The notes beneath the pieces were generated by a model, which did no database searches, was not told the origin of the DNA, and worked only from the letters and a program-made list of their open reading frames with translations. The position numbers and the translations under genes are program-made. A DNA stretch of 63,811 bases, the filler included, from Hyphochytrium catenoides (lineage: Eukaryota; Protista; Hyphochytriomycota): assembly GCA_900088475.1 (NCBI GenBank). It is 7 parts of 7 records of this genome, joined end to end, with 100 filler letters (N's around TTAATTAATTAA, not from the genome) between each part and the next. Parts side by side here need not be neighbours in the genome. Positions count along the whole stretch, not along the records: positions 32,515 to 53,321 come from FLMG01003651.1; positions 53,422 to 55,953 come from FLMG01003862.1; positions 56,054 to 58,542 come from FLMG01001902.1; positions 58,643 to 61,586 come from FLMG01000052.1; positions 61,687 to 63,811 come from FLMG01002596.1; 2 more parts are not named here. One strand, given 5' to 3'. This document shows, piece by piece, positions 52,087 through 62,754 of the stretch (position 1 is its first letter; every line of letters begins with the position of its first letter).

Positions 52087-53469
52087 CTGGCTGGGGATAA
52101 TCGCTCCCATACATTCGATCTTAGGAAGAAGGCCCTGGGCCACAGTGCTAAGAAGGAAGGATCCTTCTAGCTCTCGGAGGGAAGAAGGGTTTTCATACTG
52201 CGCGATCCCAAGAGGACAAAATAATGAACCAAGCTTATGATCCAGCTTAACTAGGATGCATGAGCTCTTTAGATGTGCAGGAGGATTTCTCCTTCTTCCC
52301 TCGGCGAGTAACGTTACTCCTCGAAAGCTTTGGCATATACTGGCCCCTTTCCATGGTACCTATATCTCTTTTGAACCAGGGGTTCATACTACTTTTGTGC
52401 AGACCGTAGTATCTGACGTGATCTGGCGCACCAGCTGTTCATCCACATCTCCTATGTTATGTGTCGATTAGATTCCAGCAAAAAACATCTCCATGTCAAC
52501 AATTCTTCCGGGAGACCACTACTCTCGTGCCACCACTTTGCATGATGGCTCCCTATTTCACCATGCATCGCTGCTTCTTGGACGCCCTCTCTCTTCGTCG
52601 GTATAGCCGCAAAACTCATCTTCTTCCCTACAACTTGAGGCTTCGTTCGAGGTATCTCTCCTCATATTAACCGCAGCGCAGCTGTTACCTCGCCATTTTC
52701 CCTCTCCTTGTTCTCCCTTGTTGGGGCTGTTCCTTACCTTTCTTTTAGTTGAGGGACCTAATGATGTGGCTAGCTGGCATCTGTACAGTCTTTGCTCACC
52801 TTATCTTGTATGATGGGGTTCTCCGCGGTTACCAGGGGAAGCAGATTGCACTCTTCTCTCAAGTCAGTCTCATCTCATTCTATGTCTCCGTAATACCCTC
52901 CCCCGATCTATCTGACGCCCGACACTTCCTTGCGACAAAGCATTGTAACCCCCATAGCGTCCTATAAGTAGCGATTTCCCCTACGAATAGAAGATCTTGG
53001 CAATACAAAGCGCACAGAGAAGCGCCACTTCCACCTAAGTCCACCTTTATAGGTTTTGCTCACGAGCGACTACAGGTGCTGTGGACTAGCTCGGGACAGA
53101 TGCACAATGCCAAAGATCGTGCCATTGACAGAGGCGCCGTGATAGAGCCTCAAGCAAGGGACCCACAGACCATAAATCAATTAAGAGAAGATTCATTCAT
53201 TGGCCACATTATTCTCTAGCAAATGACCTAATTAAGGCTATTAAACACAAGCATCCAAAAAGGAAAGAAGCAAAGAAGATAACAGCGTTGGCAGGAGGGC
53301 TTGGAAGTGGGGGGGGAGGGANNNNNNNNNNNNNNNNNNNNNNNNNNNNNNNNNNNNNNNNNNNNTTAATTAATTAANNNNNNNNNNNNNNNNNNNNNNN
53401 NNNNNNNNNNNNNNNNNNNNNGAGAGAGAGAGAGAGAGAGAGGAACTGAGAGTTTGTCTTCCGTTTACC

Positions 53470-54563
53470 TCTCTCTATCGTCATCACGATCATCTTCAAG
53501 AACTCTTCCTTCATCTTCTCCCTCCTCCTTCTCCTCTCGCCTTCTCTCTCTCTCCCGTCTACCACTTCTTTGGCTGGATCTGCTCCCTCTTCTACCCTCT
53601 CGAGGAGACTCCGCTGGCTCGTCCAGGTTGTTGTTCTTGACAGTTGAAGGAGAGCTTGAGACTTCCTCGCGTCTCTTGCGGCGCTAAGGCATAGAACCAG
53701 GTAGCATGAGTGTATGAGAAAGAGACAGAACTTTGAAAGAAGAGAGAGGAAAGGAGGGAGAGAAGAGAAAAAAGGAGAGAGGAAGAAGAGAGTGGGAACC
53801 AAACCGTGTCTACAGAGACAACCAGAGAAACACGTGGAAGCGAGACTGAGCGTTGTCAGACAATCAAGCAAGTGAACCTGGATGAAGGAGACACCCATAA
53901 AAGAGGATGAAGGAGAGGGAAAGGGAGAGAGGGAAAGGGAGAGAGAGAGAGAGAGAGCAGAGAGAGAGAGAGAAAAGGAGAAAGAGACAGAGAAAGAGAG
54001 AGAGAGAGAAAGGAGAGAGAGAGAGAGAAGGAAAAGCGAAAGAAACAACGAGACGCAAAGAGAGGAGAGAGAGAGCTTATAAGAGCATCATCGTATTCGG
54101 TTCCTACCGCGCTAGTCTCTTCCACCACTTCCTCTATCTCCACATCTAGCTCATTATCGCTCAACTGGAACTTCTTGATCTCATCCGTGACTCCGCCGTC
54201 CGATCCTCTCCTGTCTCTCTCTCCTCCTTCGGCAGTCCAAGCACCGCGGCTACTTCGACGTCTCTCTTTATGGAACATGAAAGCGAAGGCCGATGGAGGA
54301 GGAAAAGAGTTAGTTGAGAGAGAGAAGGAAGGAAGCAAGAGAAGAATGAAAGCAGAGACAGGGATAGAGGAATGAAAGAGAGGATCGGTCACCAAAGACA
54401 AAAGGAGAGAGGGAAAGAGACGGGATAGAATGCGGGGGAGAGAGAGAGAGAGACACGCACAGAGAGAGAATAAGAGAGAAGCTTCACCTCGGCGCTCTCG
54501 GCGTTCCGCTCTGGATCGGCCGGCGGCCGGAGAGGAAGTGGAATCGGCCTCAGCGTCACTCAT
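53470..54563 (-). CDS. Hypothetical low-complexity charged protein (partial, boundaries approximate)
   Basis: Exon-like blocks MSDAEADSTSSPAAGRSR.., DEIKKFQLSDNELDVEIEEVVEE.. and an R/E-rich block, separated by CT-microsatellite introns. No recognisable domain. Confidence 0.4.
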
Positions 54564-54948
54564 GGCTCCGTTTGCACTGAGTAAAGCTCTCTCTCTCTCT
54601 CTACCTTGCGCTGCCTCCTGGGTACCAAGCACAGCTGCCCAGCGGGTAAGAAAAGCAGCAGTTCCGTGACTGAAAGGAGAGAGAAAGAGAAGGTTGAGGT
54701 CGTCTGGGCTTATAGTGTGATCCTTTCCCCATAGACAGCAGATCACAGGGGCTTCGACGCGCCTTTGAACAGCTCCCTCACGGTTACCTGCTGCTCCGTC
54801 TGTGCGTGATAGACGCCTGCACGTTTCTTCTTGCTGCTCCTGTTTGGCGCTCATCCGCTCACTTCTGCCTCTCTCTCTCTCTCTCTCTTCTCTTTCTCTT
54901 TCTCTTTCTCTTCTCTCTCTTTCTCTCTCTTCTCTTTCTCTCTGTCTC

Positions 54949-54979
<31 letters not shown>

Positions 54980-56329
54980 CCGTCTCTCTCTCTCTCTGTG
55001 TGTCTCTCTCTCTCTCTCTGTCTCTGTCTCTCTCTCTCTCTCTTCTACACCCTGCCCATTTCTTTTTACCTGTCTTCCTCCCTCTTTCTCTTCGTGCTCC
55101 AGGTCTGGAGATCTCAGCTCACCATCGCCACTTATTTCGAATATTACTAGGCAACACCAGGCTGTAATCCACATAGTATTCCTTATATTCATGATCCGCA
55201 AGCCAGTAACGCCTCCACCCTGATTGGATTGATGCAAAGGCTTGGCTCTCCGTTACCGGCTAACGGCTGGTCTGCCAATAGCAGAATCTCTGTCTGGATC
55301 TCCAGATGATGGCGCCGCGGCAGAGATTATCGTCTGCAGATCTCTCCTCAGCAGTGAGTGAGAGTGAAGACTGCAGCAGATCATATGAGAAAGCCCCGTG
55401 GAGTCTCAACAGTGTGGACCCTGTCGCCAATCGGTCCGGTCCGGGCGTAGAAGAGCGATGTCCGCATCATGGTGGAAGGCCACAGGCAGTATAGGGGGTT
55501 CTTCTCATGATCTAAAGTAAAGAACAACTCCACCTCTACCTGACAGTACTTCGAGGCATTAATTTTATCTGTCATAAGCAAAGCAACAGCGCATCTTTTT
55601 CTGCTCTGCAAACCTCACAGTTCGGTCAATTGCTATTGTGTCTAATAGCCCTCTCCACTTAGGGTTGTCTCCTTAGCTAGGCAGACTACTCCTACTTTCG
55701 TCGGGTCCTCCGCCTCCACCGAACCCCGTGGTAGGAGAGAAGAGTGGCACAGTGGGAGAGAGCAAGTAGCGCTGTTCTGTCTATTACCTTATAATTTTTA
55801 TAAATTTAGAAGAGCAAGAAAATCATTGAGGTCAGAAACACTATTGCCCCTTCTTACTGATGCCTGAGAGCTGAAAGGAATCTGTCTACGCCTTACAGCC
55901 GCAGGCCGCGCTTGGGCATCGTGAAGCCCTTGAACCCACAGTCCACCTCGTTGNNNNNNNNNNNNNNNNNNNNNNNNNNNNNNNNNNNNNNNNNNNNTTA
56001 ATTAATTAANNNNNNNNNNNNNNNNNNNNNNNNNNNNNNNNNNNNNNNNNNNNGAGAGAGAGAGAGAGGGAGTGAGCTCCGTGAACATACTGAAGACTTG
56101 TGACGGCAAGAAGGAAGAGAGAGCCAATGTTCCTGATCAAGGAGAAATGGCACTTCAGTGGTGGAGAGAAAGGAGAGACGAGACGCTTGTGGCAGTGACT
56201 GTGTCGCATATTCCAATGTGGACAATAGAACCAAAGGAGAAAGAGAGAGAGGCGAGAGATGAAGGAAAGAGAGAAGAAAGAGAGAAAAACGGCGGTGGAG
56301 ACAAGAGAAAAAAGGAGGACTGACCTTTA

Positions 56330-57761
56330 TTGTCTCCCATGACAGAGTGCGCTTTCAGTGCAGCCATCGTCTCAGAGTCAAGCCCAAAGACAATTGCTGA
56401 AACCAGAGAGACGGCACAGTCAAGAGAGACACTCTCTCCTCTCTCTTTTCTCCCTGGTAATGCGTCTGGTCTCTCTCCTTTCTTTCCAAGTAGTCCCCAA
56501 AGAGTGGCCATCTTCCCTCTTTCCTCTGTTTGAATACTCTGCCGCAGAAGAGCCTTGGAAGGGGAAGACGCTGAGGGAGAAGATGAAGTCTCTCCCTCGT
56601 CTGTGGAAGGGCAGAGTTGGAAAGAGAAGAGAAAGAAAAGGGAGCGTCAATGAGAGAGAGAGAGAGAAAGAGGAAAGAGACGCAGGGGGAAAGACAAAGG
56701 TGCATGGAGCGGAGCCCAGGAGAGAGGATACTACGGAAAAGTGAAAATATGGGCAGCATCGCGAATACAAAGGGGATAAGAGGGAGGAGAACGAGCAAGA
56801 AAAGAGAGAGCGAAAGAAGGAGCGGGAAAAAGAGGAAGAGAACCAGAGAAGGAGAGAGAGCTTCACACACACAAAGCGAGAGAAAGAGAGAAGCAGAGAG
56901 GGAGAGAGAGACACACAAACAAAGCGAGAGAAAGAGGAGAAAAAGGAGAAGCTAAAGAGAGAGAGAGAGAGAGAGAGAGGGTCGAGCAATCTCTAGCATC
57001 TGGTGCTCTACCACTTACTTATTTTCTGCTCCCACGCTCCTCTTGTCAGGATATCCAGCGTCATGAAGATTTTCACCAGGCCTTCTAAAGTCATTCTTCC
57101 TCTCTCTTCTCCCTCTCTCCCTTCCCCGACAGTGTGCCTCTGGCAGAAGGCAGCAATTCTCTTTCTCTCTCCTTCTCTCACGTACTTCTCAGAAAGATCA
57201 AGGACTCTAGGACTTCCCCGTGTTCTTTCTTCTTCTCTCTTCTCTCTCTCTCTCTCTTGCGCCTTTGTTGGGGCTCCTTGATGGAGAAAGAGAGAGTACT
57301 GAAGAGGATCTCCTGCCACTCTCTTTCTTATCCTCTTGGCAATGGCCGCACTCCGAGGGTTTATCGTCGGCTTAAACGATGGTGGAGGCTCGTCTTCCAT
57401 CGCGCGTCTTCTCTCTCTTCTCTCGGTCTCACTCTCTGAAGCCTCTTTCTGGAGTCTCTCTCTCTCTGTCTCTGGAGTTGCCTTCTCTTTCAGAGAGAGA
57501 GAGAGCGAGGAAGAGGAAGAAGTAGAGGAAGAGCTTCTTTTAATATTGGCAGAGCTTTGCTTGGGCTCACTGAGCCTCCTCAGCGCACTCTCACGACTCT
57601 CACAGTAGGCTGAAAAGCGAGAGAGAGAGAGAGAGAGAGAGAACACTGAGCTCCGGCAGAAGAGAAAGAGAGAGAGAGTGACATATATATGCAAGGAGCG
57701 GGACGAAGAGGCGACAGTGATAGGGAGAGGAAAGAGAGAGGCAAACAGAGAGGCAGGGATA

Positions 57762-57798
<37 letters not shown>

Positions 57799-58326
57799 GA
57801 GAACGACAACAAAAGGAAGAGGAAGAGAGAAAGACGGAGAGATGCAAACTCGACAGAGAAAAGCGACTGCAATTCTCCAACTTGATACAGAGTAATAACC
57901 GAGGGAGACCAAGAGAGAGACACATCACAGAGAGAGACAGACACAGCAAGCGAGAGAGAGGGGGAGAGAAAGAGAAGGTGGAATGCGCACGCGGAGCGAA
58001 AGAGATGAAGACCTCAGAGAGAGAGAGACAGACGTAAGAGAGAGAGAGTTATATCGAACCTCTCCTCTTCTGCAGAATGGCCTCAGACTGCTTGGAGGTG
58101 CATTTGTAGGGAGAATCGTTCTTAGATCTCTTTCCGTCTTCCTCTCTCGCTGTCTTTCTCTTCATCACACTCTCCAAATAACGCTCCCAGAAAGAGCCTT
58201 CAGGGACAATGCTAAGGGAAGAGACAGAAAAAAAGAAAGTTTAACCTTGAACATAGGATATTATACGCGGAATGGAGACCAGAGCGAGCAGCGAGGAAGA
58301 GAGACAAAAAGACACTAGATAGATAG

Positions 58327-58393
<67 letters not shown>

Positions 58394-58510
58394 AAGAGAC
58401 ACTAGAGAGAGAGAGAGAGAGAGAGAGAGAAGAAGGCCCTGTCCATACTTATTATTGATGGCTGGCCTCTGGTTCCTGGACTGCTGGAGTTTTTGGAAGA
58501 TGTAAGAGAA
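56330..58510 (-). CDS. Hypothetical coiled-coil protein fragment (multi-exon, partial, boundaries approximate)
   Basis: Exon-like block 57010-57610 with PSFKPTINPRS (resembling the FxPxIN motif of cytoskeletal/ciliary proteins), flanked by CT-rich introns. Other exons uncertain. Confidence 0.4.
58318..58432. repeat. (GATA)n/(GA)n microsatellite; one of many GA/CT arrays (e.g. 20030-20420, 26400-26670, 31020-31400, 54860-55045, 61170-61280)
   Basis: Directly visible simple repeats. They generate spurious SL/RE-rich ORFs. Confidence 0.9.
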
Positions 58511-58826
58511 ATAACTGCGATCCATGGCCTTTGCCTGGGAGANNNNNNNNNNNNNNNNNNNNNNNNNNNNNNNNNNNNNNNNNNNNTTAATTAATTAANN
58601 NNNNNNNNNNNNNNNNNNNNNNNNNNNNNNNNNNNNNNNNNNGGGAAGAGAGCGAGACTGTTTGATGAGCGAGCGAAGATGGAGAGAGGGCGGAAGAGGA
58701 AGAGAGAGAGAGAGAGAGAGAGGTTGCTGAACCTACGAACAATAGACACTTTGAGAGAACTGCATAATCAACTGGGGAAGAGAGATAAGGCAAAAGTTTG
58801 ACCAGCGACAGGCAGCAATATTGCCT

Positions 58827-61192
58827 TCACTTTGCTGTGGCTTTCCCACCTGAGGAGGGAAGATGACTCCGAGAGAAGGAGGAAGTCCTCTCTTCTGCTT
58901 TTCTTCTTTCCCTTGCCAAAAGAAGCTCCTGCAGCCACTGTTGCCGCCATCGTCCCAATGTCACACATTGCACCTGAACATATCAAGAGCGAGCGACAAA
59001 GAGGAGCTTAAATAAGCAGCGCTCCATCTGTGAGCCATGCGGCGCGAGATAAGAGAGTGACCACCTCTGAAAGAGGAGGAGCAACTTAAGCGAAGAAAGA
59101 GGAAAGGGTGCAGAGGTGTGACAGACAGAGAGAGAGAGGTGTATATAGAGAGTGAGAGAGAGAATGAGAGAGACAGGCAGACAGACAGAGAGAACAAGTG
59201 AAAAGGAACAAGACCGCTGAGAGACTGACTTTCGGAGCATCGACCAGCTTTCTGTGAATCCCAGCGCACCGACTACAGAGGAAGACGCCAAAGGTAATCG
59301 AAGCCCAGACGCTCGACTGACAAAAATAGGGCAGCGAAGAGATCAGACAGCGAACGTAAGGACAGAGGCGATGGATTTTAAGATGAGAGAGAAAGCACCA
59401 GAAAGAGGAAACGAGAGAGAGAGAGAGAGAGAGATGGAAGAGAAGAGAGAGATGTCCCCAAAGAAAGAACAGGTGGCTAAGCGACTGCAAGCAGAAGGAC
59501 CAAGTATGAAAGAGATCGAAGTGATAGCCACAGACGGCAGGGAGCTGAGATGCTGAACGACAACACACATTTAGGGAGCGCGCACAGTCTTCGCAAGTTT
59601 GCACTTGCTCTCTCTGCCACATTTCCGCCATAGCCTCAGAAGAGACGTCATCCTCTTCCTTTCCTGCTCCTGCCAAATCCTCCGCTTGTGATGTTTGGCC
59701 CGTCACGCCATGACCGTGGGACATGTCGAGTGCAGGGTAGACTCTCTCTCTTAGCCTTTCCTGCTGCTCCATCAAGTGTAGAGAGGCGGCGCGAGAGCCG
59801 GTTGGTGGGCCTTCTAAGAGGCATTTGCGGATGATCTCACTGATGCTGAACAGTAGGGAAACACCCAGCAAAAAGTGAGAGAAAACCAAAAAAAAGTCAG
59901 GACCAACAAGAGACACGGCAGAGAGAGCGCACTGAGTTCCATAGAGGAAGGTACGACGAGAAGGTAGGTAAGCAAGAAAGAGGGTCAGAATGATGGAGAG
60001 ACACGACTGAAGAACACTGTCTCTGATAATGTTCTTTGCACAAGTGATCTGAAGGGCGGTGATGGGAAAGCTTAGCAAAGGCGAAACCAATAATGATGCG
60101 GGACTTGGGGAAAGAAAGAAAGAGAAAGAGCGAGAAAGGGGGAAGAAAGATAGGTAGAGAGAGATATAGAGAAGAGAGGAACAAGACAGGAAGACACACA
60201 AGAGTGTAGAGGGAGAGAGAGGGAGATGAAGAAGGGAAGCGAACCCTACCTAGTGAGTCCGTTGAACGTAATACTCAGTGCGTAGGACTCAGGTATGGGA
60301 GGAAAGAAAGGCGCGCCAGCCAGTTGAGGAAGCTGTTCGGCCCACCTGAAGATAGATTAGCCAGGTCTTGGTACTCTTTCTCCCTTAAGCCTCTACGTTT
60401 CTCTCGTCTTCTCTCTCTCTCTGTTTCTCCCTTCTCTCGCTATTTGCTTCGTCTCTATGTCCGTCTCTTTGCCTCTCTTCACTCTCAGTGGATTTTAACT
60501 CCAGAATGCTTCCACAGCCGTCTCAGCCTTCTTCTTTCTTCTTCTTTCTCTTGACATGTGCCTTTAATCAGTTCACACATCTTCTCTCTCTGGTCTCCGT
60601 CTATGTCTTGCTTCTTTCTTCTTCTCTCTCCCCTTCTCCCATTTTCTATCTGTCTATATTTCCTATCTCTCGACGCCTGTTCCCCTCACTCTTCCTTTGA
60701 CTTCATCTACCTACCTCAGGAACTCCTTGAGCCTATCATATTCATGGCCAAAGCGCTCCTTCAGCTTCTCTTTGGTTGAGGCTGTCAAGTTCGTCTGCAG
60801 GAGCCTTCGGAGGGCGTCCGCGATACAGAGAAGAAGCCATTGGCTTTCAAATAGAAGAGGTAGGAGGAGGGAAAGGCTGTAACCCTGGTCCTCTCCTCCT
60901 GCAGAGCGAGAGAGCGAGGGTAATCGCTGTGCGAGACTGTTCAGACCATCTAAGGCATGGAGGAGCTTCTCTGCACGTTTCTTGTCGTCGAAAGGTTGCA
61001 GGAGCTGTCCTCCTGGCAGCTGCTCATAGTGAGCTGTGTACTGGGGATACTGAGAAGGGGAAGAATAAGCTTGTTAGACATATCCTTCTCCGCAGTAAAG
61101 CTAACTGCGGTTGCTTCCTCAATTCAATCGATCAATAGTTCCACCCTCGTTAACCTCTACTTGGCACCTCTCTCCCTCTCTCTTTCTCTCTC

Positions 61193-61227
<35 letters not shown>

Positions 61228-61586
61228 CTCTCTCTCTCTATCTCTCTCTTTCTCTCTTTCTCTCTCTTTTCTCTCTCTTTGTCGTGCTCCCTTCTCCGCT
61301 GTTTGTCGCCCTTCCTTCGTTGTCCTGCACTTATTCTTTGGATTTCTACGTATCCCGCGTCCTGGGCGCTTGCCTCCTACGCTGGACTTGCTCGTTTTCC
61401 TCTTATCTCTCTACTCTTCTCTTATCCTCTTGGTAGAAGTCTCAGCTTACCTGGGCCATGAATTCAAGCTTCAGTGTGAGAAAGTGAGCTAGCTTTGACA
61501 CGAGTAGGAGGGATGAACTCTTCCCCTGGGGCCCGACAGCATGATCTCCATGTGAGCCAGAGAAAGCGAAGAGGAGCTCCTTACTC
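58827..61586 (-). CDS. ANTH(Sla2/HIP1)-like + ArfGAP domain protein, multi-exon, 5' truncated; 3' end uncertain
   Basis: In-phase exons LVSKLAHFLTLKLEFMAQ|YPQYTAHY..LLLPLLFESQWL..LKERFGHEYDRLKEFLR|WAEQLPQLAGAPFF resemble the Sla2/HIP1 ANTH domain. Downstream, CEDCARSLN|SSVWASITFGVFLCSRCAGIHRKL..VQCVTLGRW is an ArfGAP zinc finger with the catalytic Arg. Confidence 0.65.
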
Positions 61587-62110
61587 NNNNNNNNNNNNNN
61601 NNNNNNNNNNNNNNNNNNNNNNNNNNNNNNTTAATTAATTAANNNNNNNNNNNNNNNNNNNNNNNNNNNNNNNNNNNNNNNNNNNNTCAGGCATTGCCAT
61701 CCAGCTCTGTAAATTCATCAGGTAATGTTTGGCCCACACTCGCTGGTGGTGGTGACTGGCTTCTCATCTTCTCAATCACCTGAGCTGCTAGAGTGACGAT
61801 CCTGTCGCATATATGAGACCAAAGAAAGGCGGACTTCATCCCCACAATATCACTGTTCTACACAGCAAGGACCAGTATCCTATCTGGTCAAGCCGGGTAC
61901 GAAGCTACCTGATTGAGTTAGACCTCCTCGTTCACATCGAGGATGAGAGTCAGACACTGGCGGCTGATGGAAAAGAAGACCCGCTACCAGTAAGGATTTC
62001 ACAGACACGAGCAAGAAGGACTGGAAGAAGATGATCGGAAGACGATCAACAAGCTGGTTCCCCTAGTTTCTGATGAGCTCCTGCCGCTGCTGGAAGGGCA
62101 AGAATCAGCG

Positions 62111-62546
62111 TGTTGAACTGTGATCGACGCATTTCAATATGCTCACCACCAAATGATAAAAAACTAACATGGCGTACGCTCCGAGCGACTTAACTCGGGC
62201 AATATATTGAACCATTCGGTCTGTGACCACGGATGACCATCACAGTTCCATTTGAATCTAGAGCTTACAGAGTTCTCTAGATTCCGGGGGATTGTTGAAC
62301 TGTGATCGACGCTGGAACCAGAAAGTGTACAGCGGACGACGCAGAGTTGAAACCCCCCCGGTATATAAAGAAAACGGAGATTAGTCAAGTGTACGTTTGG
62401 TGTATGTGCATAATGGTTAGGATGTCGGCATCAAAGACAGAGGTCCTGGGTTCGAATCCCGGAGCGTACAACACTTTTCTCCACTTTATTCAGACACCCC
62501 CAATATTATTTCAAAGTGCTCACCACCAAATGATAAAAAATTAACA
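62111..62546 (+). mobile_element. Non-autonomous miniature LTR retrotransposon (TRIM) with a tRNA-like gene in its LTR
   Basis: TSD CAGCG at 62106-62110 and 62547-62551; ends TGTT...AACA. The 5' LTR (62111-62169, 59 bp) equals the first 20 bp plus the last 39 bp (36/39 identical) of the 3' LTR (62293-62546). PBS TGGCGTACGCTCCG starts at 62170. G-rich PPT GGGGGA at 62286-62291. Confidence 0.88.
62391..62470 (+). tRNA. tRNA-like sequence (isotype not assignable; anticodon arm degenerate) inside the TRIM LTR
   Basis: Acceptor stem GTACGTT/AGCGTAC, A-box-like TGGTGTA..ATGGTTAG with an approximately 8-nt insertion, and T arm CTGGG-TTCGAAT-CCCGG (B box). TATATAAA lies about 29 nt upstream and TTTT at 62475-62478. 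Confidence 0.6.
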
Positions 62547-62754
62547 CAGCGTACGCGGGATGGCTCAAACTGCAGGAGCAGATGGATGGAAAGGAAGGGG
62601 ACAACGTTCTCAGGCGCCTTCAAAAGAACGCCAACTCAAGGTTTGATCCTGGAGGTACCACCTCTCGAGATCCCACCTGATCAACCTGAAGCAGAGGGTA
62701 GACGCTACGAGTGACAATGCCAACGTCGGCGTGCAGAAGTTCAAGCAGTCTTGT

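Larger units (their letters stand above)
61813..62750 (+). mobile_element. Degenerate Ty1/Copia gag fragment interrupted by a TRIM
   Basis: LHSKDQYPIWSSRVRSYL..LDLL.HI, DWKKDDRKTINKL..LVSDELL and, after removing the insertion, ESAYAGWLKLQEQ (Copia gag/UBN2-like). Frameshifted. Confidence 0.75.

Noticed and set aside
53856-58037. Many long ORFs rich in SLSLSL or RERERE (also at 19928-20480, 26269-26989, 30931-31573, 36509-36857)
   Set aside because: These are translations of GA/CT microsatellites, which lack stop codons.
62415-62445. TCA in the loop of the LTR tRNA as a selenocysteine or opal-suppressor anticodon
   Set aside because: The anticodon stem is mismatched, the loop register is ambiguous and there is no long variable arm, so the isotype cannot be called.
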